Origin: Variibacter sp.
GTDB taxonomy: Bacteria > Pseudomonadota > Alphaproteobacteria > Rhizobiales > Xanthobacteraceae
DNA: 64,000 nucleotides
Direction: 5' to 3'
NCBI GenBank assembly: GCA_019689555.1
Contig: JADGHE010000006.1
Coordinates: 20,182-84,181, forward strand
The notes under the pieces were generated by a model that was given only the letters and a program-made list of their open reading frames with translations, was not told the DNA's origin and did not search any database. The first letter of the stretch is position 1; every line of letters begins with the position of its first letter. Positions 20,282-30,108 of the stretch are shown here, one piece after another. The position numbers and the translations under genes were made by a program.

Positions 20282-21280
20282 CTAATCGAGATGAAACTTC
20301 TCGAACTGGCGGTGTTCCGCGCGAATCCAGCGCACCGTTCCGGTGACAGAACGCATGACCACGGTCTCGGTCGTGATCACGTCGGGGCCGAACCTCACGC
20401 CGCGCAACAAGGCCCCGTCGGTCACGCCCGTGGCGGCGAACAGGCAGTCCCCCTGCACCATGTCTTCCATGGAGTATTTCTTGCTCGGGTCGGTGATGCC
20501 CATCTTGGCGGCGCGCTCCCGCTTCTCTTCGGTGTCGAGCACCAGGCGGCACTGCATCTGACCGCCGATGCAGCGCAGCGCCGCAGCCGCCAGAACGCCT
20601 TCCGGCGCGCCGCCGATCCCCATGTAGATGTCGATGCCGGTCGTCGCCGCGTCCGCGGTGTGGATCACGCCGGCGACGTCGCCGTCGGTGATCAGACTCA
20701 CCGACGCTCCGGCCCGGCGCACGGCGGCGATCAGGTCGGCGTGACGCGGCCGGTCGAGAATCAATGCGGTGATGTTCTCCGGCTTGACGCCCTTGGCCTT
20801 CGCGAGCGCGCGAATGTTCTCCTCGGGCGGCGCGTCGAGATCCACGACGCCCTTCGGGTAGCCGGGCCCGATCGCGATCTTTTCCATGTAGACGTCGGGC
20901 GCGTTGAGCAGCGTGCCGCCTTCCGCCATCGCCATCGTGGCGATCGCGCCCGGCATGTTCTTGGCGCAGAGGGTGGTGCCTTCGAGAGGGTCCACCGCGA
21001 TGTCGACGCGCGGGCCGGTGCGGCGCCCGACTTCCTCGCCGATGAACAGCATCGGCGCCTCGTCGCGCTCGCCCTCGCCGATGACGATCGTGCCGTGGAT
21101 CGGCAGCTTGTTGAGTTCGCGCCGCATGGCGTCCACGGCGGCCTGATCGGCGGCCTTTTCGTTGCCGCGCCCCCGCAGGCGCGCCGCCGATACGGCGGCG
21201 CGTTCCGTCACCCGGACGATTTCGAGCGTCAGGATACGCTCCAGGACTTGGCTTGGCTGGATCTCGATCGTCGGGCTCAT
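20282..21280 (-). CDS. glpX: Class II fructose-1,6-bisphosphatase
   Basis: 332 aa with full-length GlpX-like sequence (AADQAAVDAMR...IVIGEGERDEAPML...DPLEGTT...). Confidence 0.95.
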   Translation of the reverse strand: MSPTIEIQPSQVLERILTLEIVRVTERAAVSAARLRGRGNEKAADQAAVDAMRRELNKLPIHGTIVIGEGERDEAPMLFIGEEVGRRTGPRVDIAVDPLEGTTLCAKNMPGAIATMAMAEGGTLLNAPDVYMEKIAIGPGYPKGVVDLDAPPEENIRALAKAKGVKPENITALILDRPRHADLIAAVRRAGASVSLITDGDVAGVIHTADAATTGIDIYMGIGGAPEGVLAAAALRCIGGQMQCRLVLDTEEKRERAAKMGITDPSKKYSMEDMVQGDCLFAATGVTDGALLRGVRFGPDVITTETVVMRSVTGTVRWIRAEHRQFEKFHLD

Positions 21281-21303
21281 CGGCGCATCCCCTCTTCCAG
21301 TCT

Positions 21304-22635
21304 TCAGGTCTTTTCGATGCGAATAACCTGCGGCGTTCCTGCGACTACTCCGGCGGCCTGCACGGCCGCAAGCGCGCGGCGCACCGCATCCTCAGTCGTC
21401 GCGTAGGTGATCAGGATGACCGGAACCGGGGCGGCCACGCTGGCCGGGTCGTCGCCACCGTGGGTGGCGGTGCCCGGCCGGCGCTGAACGATCGACTCCA
21501 GCGAGATATGCTCGTCGGCCAGGTGGCGGGCGATGGTGGCAGCGGTGCCGGGGCGGTCGAGCGCCATCAGACGAATATAATAGCCCCCCTCGTGCCGCTG
21601 CATCGGCAGTTTTTCGCTTCTTTTGAGTCGCTTCGCGGAAACGCCGAACGGCAGAGCCCGCTCCCCGCGGGCGATGTCGGCGAGATCGGAGAGCACGGCG
21701 GAGGCGGTCGCCGCGCCGCCGGCGCCGGGGCCCGCAAGGGTGATCTCGTGCGCCGCGTCCGCGTCGATGGCCACCGCATTGGTGACGCCCATCACCTGGG
21801 CGATCGCGGACTCCTTCGGCACCATGGTGGGGTGGACCCGCTGCTCGATTCCGGCGGCCGTCTTGAGCGCGACGCCGAGGAGCTTCACGCGGTAGCCGAG
21901 CTGGTCCGCGGCCTGGAGGTCCTCCGGCGTGATCGAGGCGATGCCCTCGACATAGACCGCGTCCGGGTCCGGCGCGATGCCGAAGGCGAGGCTCGCGAGG
22001 ATCGCGAGCTTCTGCGCCGTGTCGTGCCCCTCGATGTCGAAGGAAGGGTCCGCTTCGGCATAGCCCAGCCGTTGCGCATCCTTGAGGCATTCGGCGAAGG
22101 AGAGGCCCTCCCGCTCCATCCGCGTGAGGATGTAATTGCAGGTGCCGTTCAGAATTCCGTAGACGCGGGAAACTTCATTTCCCGCAAGGCTTTCGCGCAA
22201 AGTCTTGACAATTGGGATCGCGCCCGCGGCCGCCGCCTCGAAGTTGAGCGCGACGCCAGCGCGTTCGGCGCGCTCCGCGAGCGCGACGCCATGGGCGGCG
22301 AGCAGCGCCTTGTTCGCCGTGACGACGGACTTCCCCGCCGCGAGCGCCGCCTCGACCGCGGCCTTTGCCGGATCGCCCGCTCCGCCGATCAGCTCGACGA
22401 AGACGTCGATCTCCGGATCGACGGCGAGCTGCCTCGGATCGTCGAACCAGCGCAGGCGGCTCAGATCGACGCCCCGATCCTTGTGCCGGTCCCGGGCGCT
22501 CACCGCCACCACCTCGAGCGGCCGGCCGCAGCGCGCGGCCAGCGGCTCGCGGTGCCGGTCGATCAGGCGGAGCACCGATGCCCCGACCGTGCCCAGCCCG
22601 GCGAGGCCCACTTTCAGCGGAGAAGCCATCATCAA
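21304..22635 (-). CDS. hom: Homoserine dehydrogenase
   Basis: 443 aa. N-terminal GLAGLGTVG NAD fold, a catalytic domain and a C-terminal ACT-like region. Confidence 0.95.
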   Translation of the reverse strand: MMMASPLKVGLAGLGTVGASVLRLIDRHREPLAARCGRPLEVVAVSARDRHKDRGVDLSRLRWFDDPRQLAVDPEIDVFVELIGGAGDPAKAAVEAALAAGKSVVTANKALLAAHGVALAERAERAGVALNFEAAAAGAIPIVKTLRESLAGNEVSRVYGILNGTCNYILTRMEREGLSFAECLKDAQRLGYAEADPSFDIEGHDTAQKLAILASLAFGIAPDPDAVYVEGIASITPEDLQAADQLGYRVKLLGVALKTAAGIEQRVHPTMVPKESAIAQVMGVTNAVAIDADAAHEITLAGPGAGGAATASAVLSDLADIARGERALPFGVSAKRLKRSEKLPMQRHEGGYYIRLMALDRPGTAATIARHLADEHISLESIVQRRPGTATHGGDDPASVAAPVPVILITYATTEDAVRRALAAVQAAGVVAGTPQVIRIEKT

Positions 22636-22661
22636 AACTGCAGAGACGGGCGCCGAAACGT

Positions 22662-23879
22662 TCAGCGCCGCGTGGCGAGAGAGACCACGTTGTGCAATTT
22701 TGTCGGCGCCGTTTCAAGGAACCGGCGGATGTTGCGCGCAGCCTGACGAATCCGCTGCTCGTTCTCGACCAGCGCGATGCGCACGTAGCCTTCCCCGTGC
22801 TCGCCGAAGCCCACACCGGGGGAGACCGCCACCGACGCGTTCTCCACCAGGAGCTTCGAGAACTGCAGGCTGCCCATCTCGCGGAACGGCTCAGGGATCG
22901 GCGCCCAGGCGAACATCGAGGCCGAAGGCGCCGGCACTTCCCAGCCCGCCCGGGCGAAGCTCTCGACGAGGCAGTCGCGCCGGCGGCGGTACGTATCCCG
23001 CATCTCGCGGATGCAGTCGTCGGGGCCGTTGAGCGCCGCGGTCGCGGCGACCTGGATGGGCGTGAAGGCGCCGTAATCGAGATAGGACTTCACGCGCGCC
23101 AGCGCGGCGATCAGCCGCTCGTTGCCGACCGCAAATCCGATGCGCCAGCCGGGCATGGAATAGGTCTTGGACATGGAGGTGAACTCCACGGTCACATCCA
23201 TGGCGCCCGGCACCTGCAGAACCGAGGGCGGCGGCGTACCGTCGAAATAGACTTCCGCGTAGGCGAGATCGGACAGAATGAAAATGCCGTGCCGCTTCGC
23301 GAAGGCGACGAGCTCGCGATAGAAGTCGAGGTCGGCCACGTGGGCGGTCGGATTGGACGGGTAGCAGACCACGACCGCGATCGGCTTCGGGATCGAATGG
23401 ACGATCGCCCGCTCGAGGGCCTCGAAATACTGCGGGGTCGGCGCGGCCGGCACCGAGCGGATGACGCCGCCGGCCATCAGGAAGCCGAAGGCGTGGATGG
23501 GGTAGCTCGGATTGGGGACGAGGACGACATCGCCCGGCGCCGTGATCGCCTGGGCGACATTCGCGAATCCCTCCTTCGAGCCGAGCGTCGCGACGATCTG
23601 CGTTTCGGGATTGAGGCGCACGCCGAACCGGCGCTCGTAGTAGGCGGCCTGGGCGCGCCGCAGCCCGGCGATTCCCTTCGACGCGGAGTAGCGGTCGGTG
23701 CGGGGCTTGCCGATCGTCTCCTTGAGCTTCTCGATGACGTGGCCCGGCGCCGGCAGGTCCGGGTTGCCCATACCGAGGTCGATGATGTCGGCGCCGGCGT
23801 TGCGGGCGGCCGCCTTGACCTTGTTCACCTGCTCGAAGACGTAGGGTGGCAGCCGCCGGATACGATGGAATTCTTCCAT
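22662..23879 (-). CDS. Class I/II pyridoxal-phosphate-dependent aminotransferase (AlaC/LL-DAP-aminotransferase-like)
   Basis: 405 aa. MEEFHRIRRLPPYVFEQVN...GMGNPD and the PLP-lysine block SMSKTYSMPGWRIG. Confidence 0.9.
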   Translation of the reverse strand: MEEFHRIRRLPPYVFEQVNKVKAAARNAGADIIDLGMGNPDLPAPGHVIEKLKETIGKPRTDRYSASKGIAGLRRAQAAYYERRFGVRLNPETQIVATLGSKEGFANVAQAITAPGDVVLVPNPSYPIHAFGFLMAGGVIRSVPAAPTPQYFEALERAIVHSIPKPIAVVVCYPSNPTAHVADLDFYRELVAFAKRHGIFILSDLAYAEVYFDGTPPPSVLQVPGAMDVTVEFTSMSKTYSMPGWRIGFAVGNERLIAALARVKSYLDYGAFTPIQVAATAALNGPDDCIREMRDTYRRRRDCLVESFARAGWEVPAPSASMFAWAPIPEPFREMGSLQFSKLLVENASVAVSPGVGFGEHGEGYVRIALVENEQRIRQAARNIRRFLETAPTKLHNVVSLATRR

Positions 23880-24054
23880 AACGATGGCCCCTTACAGCCA
23901 CATCAAGAAATCTTGCCCGAAGCCCACGCAACTGACCGGGCGCAGCCTCGCACCCGTCCGCACCTAAATGACGCGATGCGCGCCGGACCGCAACGGTTTG
24001 TTGCGTTGCGGCAGGCTCTGAAGCCGCGGAAGCCGCACGCCCCCAGGGCCGCCG

Positions 24055-24333
24055 TCATCGTGCCCCGGCTCGGTTAATTTGCTCCCTCTTTTCCTGGGCC
24101 GCCCGCGTGCGCGCCGCCGCCAGCTCGGCCTCGATCTTGGCGCGCTCGGCCGGCGCGAGCGGCTTCGTGGCCGGGCCGGCGGGCGCATCCGCCACGCGCG
24201 GAAAGTCCGGGATGACCGCGGGGGCGGGCGGGGTTTGGTCGGGCTCGCCGATGACGGGCAGGCTCCCGAGGATCGAGCCGCAACCGGACAGCACCCCCGC
24301 GCCTAAGAGGCCGATCATCGCGCGGACCGCCAT
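24055..24333 (-). CDS. Small putative lipoprotein
   Basis: ATG 24333 gives MAVRAMIGLLGAGVLSGC with an L-S-G-C lipobox, then a Pro/Ala-rich 92-aa product. The longer ORF to 24543 has no RBS support. Confidence 0.55.
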   Translation of the reverse strand: MAVRAMIGLLGAGVLSGCGSILGSLPVIGEPDQTPPAPAVIPDFPRVADAPAGPATKPLAPAERAKIEAELAAARTRAAQEKREQINRAGAR

Positions 24334-24508
24334 TCCGCGTCCCCATCGCGGCGCCGCATGCCACCGTGTCTTGACCATGATCGGTAAGCAAAGTCGCGCA
24401 AAGCAGATGCAAACCCGAGGGAGCAAGGCTTGAGCACCATCTAGACGACTAATATGTCTTAACCAAGGATACTGCACGCGGCATGGCCGCGGCCAGGCGG
24501 GGCGGACG

Positions 24509-26311
24509 ATGACAGACAAGGCGCCGAACGCGCCGATCAACACCGGCGGCGTCGATTACGAAGCGCTCGGCCGGAATCTCGCCCGCATGTTCGAGGAAGG
24601 CGGCCGCGCCCTCGCCGCCTATTTCAAGCCGCGCGAGCAGGGGATCATAAGGGACTCCGCGGCCGAATGGACCGACGTCGTCAAGACGCTCGGCAAGGTG
24701 CTCGAATATTGGCTGGCCGACCCGAACCGGGCGGTCGAGCTACAGGCGACGCTCGGGAAGGCCTATCTCGACCTGTGGGCGGCGGCGGCCAAGCGGATGA
24801 CCGGCGAGAGCATCGAACCGTTGGTCAAGCCCGACCCGCGCGACCGCCGCTTTTCCGACCCCGACTGGTCGCAAAACCCTTACTTCGACTTCCTCAAGCA
24901 GGCCTATCTGCTGACCAGCCAGTGGGCGCAGCGGCTCGTCGTCGAGGCCGAGGGCCTGGACGACCACACCCGGCAGAAGGCGGAGTTCTACGTGCGGCAG
25001 ATCGCCAATGCGCTGTCGCCGTCGAACTTCGTGCTGACCAATCCGGAGCTGTTGCGCGAGACGCTGTCCACGAACGCGGAGAATCTCGCGCGGGGCATGC
25101 ACATGCTGGCGGAGGACATCGCCGCCGGAGGCGGCGAGCTGCGGATCCGCCACTCCGACCCCAGCCAGTTCGAGGTCGGGCGCAATCTCGCCATCACGCC
25201 CGGGAAGGTGATCTACCAGAACGATCTGATGCAGCTCATCCAGTACGCGCCGAGCACCGAGAAGGTGCTGAAGTGGCCGCTGCTGATCGTTCCGCCCTGG
25301 ATCAACAAGTACTACGTGCTCGATCTCACCCCCGAGAAGTCCCTCATCAAGTGGTGCGTCGAGCAGGGCCTCACCGTCTTCGTGATCTCGTGGGTGAATC
25401 CCGACGCCCGGCTCGCCAAGAAGGGCTTCGAGGAATACATGCGCGAAGGGCCGCTGGCCGCCCTCGACGTCATCCAACAGGCGACGGGGGAACGGCGCAT
25501 GCATGCGGCCGGCTACTGCGTTGGCGGCACGCTTCTCGCGGTCACCCTCGCCTACATGGCCACGGTGAAGGATCGGCGCATCGCATCGGCGACCTTTTTT
25601 GCGACTCAGGTCGATTTCACCTATGCGGGCGACCTCAAGGTTTTCGTCGACGAAGACCAGATCGAAATGCTCGAGCGGCGCATGGCCGAAGTCGGCTACC
25701 TCGAAGGCCGGAGCATGGCCACGGCCTTCAACCTGCTGCGCTCGCACGAGCTGATCTGGCCTTACGTCGTCAACAACTATCTCAAGGGCAAGGAGCCGCT
25801 GCCGTTCGACCTCCTCTACTGGAACTCGGACGCGACCCGCATGCCCGCGGCCAACCATTCCTTCTATCTGCGCAACTGCTATCTCAAGAACGCGCTGAGC
25901 CGCGGCGAAATGGAGATCGCCGGCAAGCGGCTCGATCTCGGCAAGATCACGATCCCGATCTACAATCTGGCGACGCGGGAGGATCACATCGCCCCGGCGC
26001 GGTCGGTCTTCCTCGGGTCGCGGTTCTTCGGCGGGCCCGTGCGCTTCGTGCTGTCCGGGTCGGGACACATCGCCGGGGTCGTCAATCCGCCGAGCCTGGG
26101 CAAGTACCAGTACTGGACGGGCGGAGAGCCCGTCGGCGAGCTCAACGACTGGCTCAGCATGGCCCACGAGCACCCCGGCTCCTGGTGGCCCGACTGGCTC
26201 GCATGGCTGCGCAAGATCAACGCCGCGGAAGTGCCCGCGCGCGAGCCGGGCGGCGGCAAGCTCACGCCCATCGAGGACGCGCCGGGCAGCTACGTGAAGG
26301 TGCGCTGCTGA
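24509..26311 (+). CDS. phaC: Class I poly(R)-hydroxyalkanoate synthase
   Basis: 600 aa with the lipase-box variant GYCVGG and full-length PhaC-like sequence. Confidence 0.95.
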   Translation: MTDKAPNAPINTGGVDYEALGRNLARMFEEGGRALAAYFKPREQGIIRDSAAEWTDVVKTLGKVLEYWLADPNRAVELQATLGKAYLDLWAAAAKRMTGESIEPLVKPDPRDRRFSDPDWSQNPYFDFLKQAYLLTSQWAQRLVVEAEGLDDHTRQKAEFYVRQIANALSPSNFVLTNPELLRETLSTNAENLARGMHMLAEDIAAGGGELRIRHSDPSQFEVGRNLAITPGKVIYQNDLMQLIQYAPSTEKVLKWPLLIVPPWINKYYVLDLTPEKSLIKWCVEQGLTVFVISWVNPDARLAKKGFEEYMREGPLAALDVIQQATGERRMHAAGYCVGGTLLAVTLAYMATVKDRRIASATFFATQVDFTYAGDLKVFVDEDQIEMLERRMAEVGYLEGRSMATAFNLLRSHELIWPYVVNNYLKGKEPLPFDLLYWNSDATRMPAANHSFYLRNCYLKNALSRGEMEIAGKRLDLGKITIPIYNLATREDHIAPARSVFLGSRFFGGPVRFVLSGSGHIAGVVNPPSLGKYQYWTGGEPVGELNDWLSMAHEHPGSWWPDWLAWLRKINAAEVPAREPGGGKLTPIEDAPGSYVKVRC

Positions 26312-26346
26312 GCGGCGTGAGGAACCTCGGGCGAGCCGGCACGTTC

Positions 26347-26386
26347 AGACGGCGAAACGGCGAGACGGCGAGACGGCGAGACGGCG
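26347..26386. repeat. Octanucleotide tandem repeat, 5 copies
   Basis: AGACGGCG AAACGGCG AGACGGCG AGACGGCG AGACGGCG, read directly. Intergenic between phaC and the GGCT-like gene. Confidence 0.9.
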
Positions 26387-26430
26387 GATGGAAATGCGGA
26401 AAGCGGAGGCCCCCGATCCGTTGAAACAAT

Positions 26431-28002
26431 TCACGACACCAGCGAAATCCCCCGATGGCGGGGTCGAAAAGCCGGCGCCGGGGCGGCGTCTGCGAGCGCG
26501 CTGACCGTGGTTTCATCGGGGCGATGATCCTGCACTTCGCTTACGGATCGAATATGAGCCGCGAGCTGATGCACGCGCGCTGCCCGGGCGCGCAGGCGCT
26601 CGGCGTCGCGCAGCTGGACGGCTTTCGCTACATCATCACGCGCGACGGCTACGCCTCCGTCGTCCCTTCGCCGGGCAGGACCGTCCATGGCGTTCTGTGG
26701 CGGCTCACGGCGCGCGACCTTGCCGCGCTCAACGCCTACGAAGGCGTCGACAGCGGCCTTTTCCGCCCCTGCTGGCTGCCGGTGCGGTATCGCGGCCGGC
26801 GGGTGACCGCGCTCGTCTATCGCGGGCGCAGCCGCGCGACGGGGCGTCCCCGCCCCGGCTACCAGGACCGCATCGTCCTTCCCGCCGCCCGCTCCTGGAA
26901 CCTGCCCGAGCCCTACGTCGCGGAGCTTTCCCGCTGGGCGCCCCCATTCGGGCGCAATGCCCCGCCCCTTACCCATCCGGCAAGCCTGCCATGAGCCCCG
27001 GCGAGACGGTGGTGCGGCACATCGTCGTGCGCGGCCGCGTGCAGGGCGTCGGCTATCGCGCCTGGGTGGAAAACGAGGCGATCCTGCGCGGGCTCGATGG
27101 CTTCGTCCGCAACCGGCGCGACGGCTCCGTGGAGGCGCTCTTTGCCGGTCCGCCCGAGGCCGTGGCAGAGATGGTGACGGCCTGCCGGCGCGGCCCGGCG
27201 GCCGCGCACGTCCCCGCGCTCGAGGAGAAGGCGGGCGATCCGCGCCTCCTCGCCCAGCGCCGGCCGGGGGAGCGATTCTCGGTGTTGCCGACTCTGTGAA
27301 GCCGGCATCCGGCGGGCCGATGTCGGGCGGGCCGAGATCGTCCGCCGGCTCCGTCGCCCCGAAGACCTTCTCGAACTCGGCCCTGAGCACCGCATCCACC
27401 TCCGCCATGCTGACCGGCAAGCCGAGGTCGACGAGGCTGGTCACGCCGTAGCGCGAATCGGCGATGCCGCACGGCACGATCGCCGAGAAGTGCGAGAGAT
27501 CGGGATCGACGTTGAGGCTTATGCCGTGCAGCGTCACCCATCGGCGCACGCGGATGCCGATCGCCGCGATCTTGTCCTCGCGGCCGGGCCCCTTTTCGGG
27601 CCGCCGCACCCAGACGCCGACGCGGTCCTCGCGCCGCTCGCCGCGCACGTTGAAGAAGGCGAGCGTGCGGATGATCCATTCCTCCAAGGCCGCCACGTAC
27701 TGGCGGACGTCCGCCCCGCGCCGGCGGAGATCGAGCATCAGATAGGCGACGCGCTGGCCGGGCCCGTGATAGGTGAGCTGCCCTCCCCGCCCGGCGGCGT
27801 GAACGGGAAACGGGAGGCCGCGGGCCTCCTCCGCGCGGGCGCTGGTTCCGGCCGTATAGAGCGGCGGATGCTCGAGCAGCCAGACCAGTTCCGGCGCCCG
27901 CCCTTCCGCGACGGCCGCCGCCCGCGCGTCCATGACCGCGAGGGCGGTTTCATAGGCCACGGGCGCGCCGCTCACCCGCCACGCGATTCGCGGGCCGGGC
28001 AT
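26431..28002 (-). CDS. lipB: Octanoyltransferase LipB with anomalous stop-less C-terminal read-through
   Basis: The LipB core ([13 protein letters not shown]...[11 protein letters not shown]...[22 protein letters not shown]) runs from about 28002 to about 27358. The first in-frame stop is at 26431. Alternative start ATG 28086. See findings. Confidence 0.65.
   Translation of the reverse strand: MPGPRIAWRVSGAPVAYETALAVMDARAAAVAEGRAPELVWLLEHPPLYTAGTSARAEEARGLPFPVHAAGRGGQLTYHGPGQRVAYLMLDLRRRGADVRQYVAALEEWIIRTLAFFNVRGERREDRVGVWVRRPEKGPGREDKIAAIGIRVRRWVTLHGISLNVDPDLSHFSAIVPCGIADSRYGVTSLVDLGLPVSMAEVDAVLRAEFEKVFGATEPADDLGPPDIGPPDAGFTESATPRIAPPAGAGRGGADRPPSPRARGRARPPGRAGRPSPSLPRPRADRQRAPPRSRRAGCGRSHRARAGSPRFPPRRDSRRPARGRARRCAAPPSRRGSWQACRMGKGRGIAPEWGRPAGKLRDVGLGQVPGAGGGKDDAVLVAGAGTPRRAAAPAIDERGHPPAAIPHRQPAGAEKAAVDAFVGVERGKVARREPPQNAMDGPARRRDDGGVAVARDDVAKAVQLRDAERLRARAARVHQLAAHIRSVSEVQDHRPDETTVSALADAAPAPAFRPRHRGISLVS
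26524..26994 (+). CDS. Gamma-glutamylcyclotransferase/AIG2-like family protein
   Basis: ATG 26524 gives [21 protein letters not shown], the YGSN motif at the N-terminus typical of the GGCT fold. Its stop overlaps the next start (ATGA). Confidence 0.8.
   Translation: MILHFAYGSNMSRELMHARCPGAQALGVAQLDGFRYIITRDGYASVVPSPGRTVHGVLWRLTARDLAALNAYEGVDSGLFRPCWLPVRYRGRRVTALVYRGRSRATGRPRPGYQDRIVLPAARSWNLPEPYVAELSRWAPPFGRNAPPLTHPASLP
26991..27299 (+). CDS. acyP: Acylphosphatase
   Basis: 102 aa. [13 protein letters not shown] and [13 protein letters not shown] are the two acylphosphatase signatures. The ATG at 26991 overlaps the upstream stop. Confidence 0.85.
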   Translation: MSPGETVVRHIVVRGRVQGVGYRAWVENEAILRGLDGFVRNRRDGSVEALFAGPPEAVAEMVTACRRGPAAAHVPALEEKAGDPRLLAQRRPGERFSVLPTL

Positions 28003-28102
28003 CGGCTTCAAAACCGTCGCTAGGTCTGCGCGTGCGTTAACCACCTCGTAACCATATCCGTGCTGACTGCTGCCGCGCTGAATCATAGGCGGGACTGCGA
28101 AG

Positions 28103-28345
28103 GTGGCAACGCTCGATACCGTTTCGGTCGACATCGCCGTCGTCCTCGGCAAGACGGTGATGCCGATCCACCAGGTGCTGCGGCTCGGTCGCGGGGCCAT
28201 CATCGAGCTCGACGCGACCGAAAGCGACGACGTGCAGATTCTGGCGAACAACCTGCCGGTCGCCCGCGGCACGGTCGTCGTCAACGGCAACCGGATCGCC
28301 GTCGAGGTCAAGGAAATGCTGCCGCGGGCGCCCGATCACCGTTGA
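28103..28345 (+). CDS. Small FliN/SpoA-domain protein (flagellar motor switch C-ring fold), orphan
   Basis: 80 aa from a GTG start. [57 protein letters not shown] aligns by eye with the FliN C-terminal domain. Confidence 0.7.
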   Translation: MATLDTVSVDIAVVLGKTVMPIHQVLRLGRGAIIELDATESDDVQILANNLPVARGTVVVNGNRIAVEVKEMLPRAPDHR

Positions 28346-28444
28346 GAGAAGCGGGCGGGCCCTTGTTCCGAAAGATTCGATTTGTTACATGCTCGCCGTC
28401 GCCTGACGCGGAGCCCTCCGCTCCCCAGGCGCAAGGTCCTGTTC

Positions 28445-28529
28445 GCGGCCGTGGCGGAATTGGTAGACGCGCTAGCTTGAGGTGCTAGTGGGTAACACCG
28501 TGGAGGTTCGAGTCCTCTCGGCCGCACCA
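28445..28529 (+). tRNA. tRNA-Leu (anticodon GAG)
   Basis: Acceptor stem GCGGCCG/CGGCCGC, anticodon loop TTGAGGT, long variable arm, T-loop GGTTCGAGTCC, encoded CCA. 85 nt. Confidence 0.95.
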
Positions 28530-28555
28530 ACCCCGAAATTTCCGAAAAATACCGG

Positions 28556-29869
28556 CTAGGGCTGGGTGTAGCCCCAGTTGAGCAGGCGTGGCCAGGCGAC
28601 GAGGTCGCCCGCGCGCGGGGAGACGTTGTCCTCCCGCGCCGAAGCCGCACGGACGCGCGCCGCCCGCGGAGGCCGCTGCGGCGCGGCCGCCTGGGCGGGA
28701 CGGGGCGCCTCCACCGCCGCCCGGTGCTCCGCGGCCGCCGGTTCGGGCATGAAGTGCCGGCCGCCGAAGACGGACGGCAGATTGAGGTCGGCGAGGCTCG
28801 GGGCGGGAAGGGCATCGGCCACGGCCGTCGCAGCGGCCGTCGCGCCAGGAACCGGCGGCCAGACCGCCGGCGCGCCCGAACGGTGGGTGAGGCCTGCCTG
28901 CGAGACCGTCATGGCCGGGCCCCGGCCATCGAACGAGGCGATCTCGAAGCTTTCCGCCAAGGGATTCGGGAAGCCGAAGCTCAGGGCGCTCGGCGCCGAG
29001 AGCGCGGGCGGCTCGTTCAAGTTCTTCGGGAGGACGACGGGCCATACCGGCACGCGGGCCCGATGAAAGACCCACGCCTGCGGCTCGGTGACCGTCTTGG
29101 GCCGGTCGGGCCCGGCCGGGACTACATGGACGATGCGGTAGCCCCGCGCCTTCAGTTCGCGCAGCAGCTCCGGCAAGGCCAGCACGGTGACCGGCTGGAT
29201 GTCGTGGAGCAGGAGGATTCCCCTGCCCTTCTGCTCGAGACGGCTCAGGGCGCGCTCCTTCACCTTCTCGGCCGAGATGCGCATCCAGTCGTCGGCGGGG
29301 AAGTCCGCGCTCCAGGTCATGAGGCCGCGCTCGGCGAGGTAGCTCTCCATCCCCTTCGAATTGCCGAGGCCGGGAAAGCGGAAGAACGGCGCAAGCGCGC
29401 GCGGATCGCCGAGCGCGGCGCCGACGGCGCCGATTCCGTCCTCGATCTCGGCGACCGCCTTCTCGTGGGTGAGACGGCGGAAGGAGTGGGGATGGCTGTG
29501 GCTATGGGTCGCGACCGTGTGCCCGGCGTTGTAAACGCGGCGCACCCAGTCGGGATAGGCGCGGGCCATGCGGCCGACCATGAAAAAGGTCGCCTTCACG
29601 CATTCCGAGGCGAGGACCTCGAGAACGCGGCCGGTATGCGGAGGCAGCGGCCCGTCGTCGAAGGTGAGCACCACCTCCTTGTCCGCGAGCGGCAGCGATT
29701 CGGCATACTGCATCGAGCCGATGCGCGCGTGCTCGGTCGGATCGACCGCGATCACGCGGCTCGTTCCGATCGCGTCTGGATTGCCTGGGCATGAGGTAGA
29801 GGCGTGGCCGACGCCCGAATTGAAGACACAAGCCGCCAGAATCAGGGCGGCGAAACACCGCAGTCCCAC
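28556..29869 (-). CDS. Polysaccharide deacetylase (NodB-homology) family protein, secreted, with long Pro/Ala-rich C-terminal tail
   Basis: GTG start with signal peptide (GLRCFAALILAACVFNSGVGHA). NodB motifs LTFDDGP and HSHSHP. Confidence 0.85.
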   Translation of the reverse strand: MGLRCFAALILAACVFNSGVGHASTSCPGNPDAIGTSRVIAVDPTEHARIGSMQYAESLPLADKEVVLTFDDGPLPPHTGRVLEVLASECVKATFFMVGRMARAYPDWVRRVYNAGHTVATHSHSHPHSFRRLTHEKAVAEIEDGIGAVGAALGDPRALAPFFRFPGLGNSKGMESYLAERGLMTWSADFPADDWMRISAEKVKERALSRLEQKGRGILLLHDIQPVTVLALPELLRELKARGYRIVHVVPAGPDRPKTVTEPQAWVFHRARVPVWPVVLPKNLNEPPALSAPSALSFGFPNPLAESFEIASFDGRGPAMTVSQAGLTHRSGAPAVWPPVPGATAAATAVADALPAPSLADLNLPSVFGGRHFMPEPAAAEHRAAVEAPRPAQAAAPQRPPRAARVRAASAREDNVSPRAGDLVAWPRLLNWGYTQP

Positions 29870-30108
29870 GAACCAGCCCCCCGCATTCCCAGCAATTCAA
29901 ACGTCCGGCGCCAGGCGGTTATGGCGCGATGCTAGGCGGGGGCAAATAAGGAAATCGTTAAGCCGTTAAAGTCTGTCGTGGACATTTCGTAAAAGACGCT
30001 GTGTGTGATCGGGCGGCGACAATCGCGTCAGCCGATTGCCACCTCCGTCCCCTCCGCGTAGAAGCCGGGGCCTATTGCCCCTACCCGACCGCTCTGGCGA
30101 GGCCCGAC

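Noticed and set aside
17555-21406. 1283-aa ORF on the plus strand, the longest in the track
   Set aside because: It runs antisense to recJ and glpX, both of which have unambiguous family signatures. Its translation is an Arg/Ala/Gly/Pro-rich low-complexity string with no motif. This is a typical stop-poor shadow frame of high-GC DNA.
26431-27290. The LipB C-terminal tail as a genuine extra domain
   Set aside because: The composition (Arg/Pro/Ala/Gly runs) is what the antisense of GC-rich coding DNA produces, and the plus-strand genes there carry clear family motifs. I keep the missing stop as a finding but reject the idea of a functional domain.
29870-30108. Mg-sensing M-box leader upstream of mgtE
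   Set aside because: I recognised no M-box-like conserved core in the 239-nt spacer. It is probably just two divergent promoters. Only a covariance-model scan (Rfam RF00380) could settle this.
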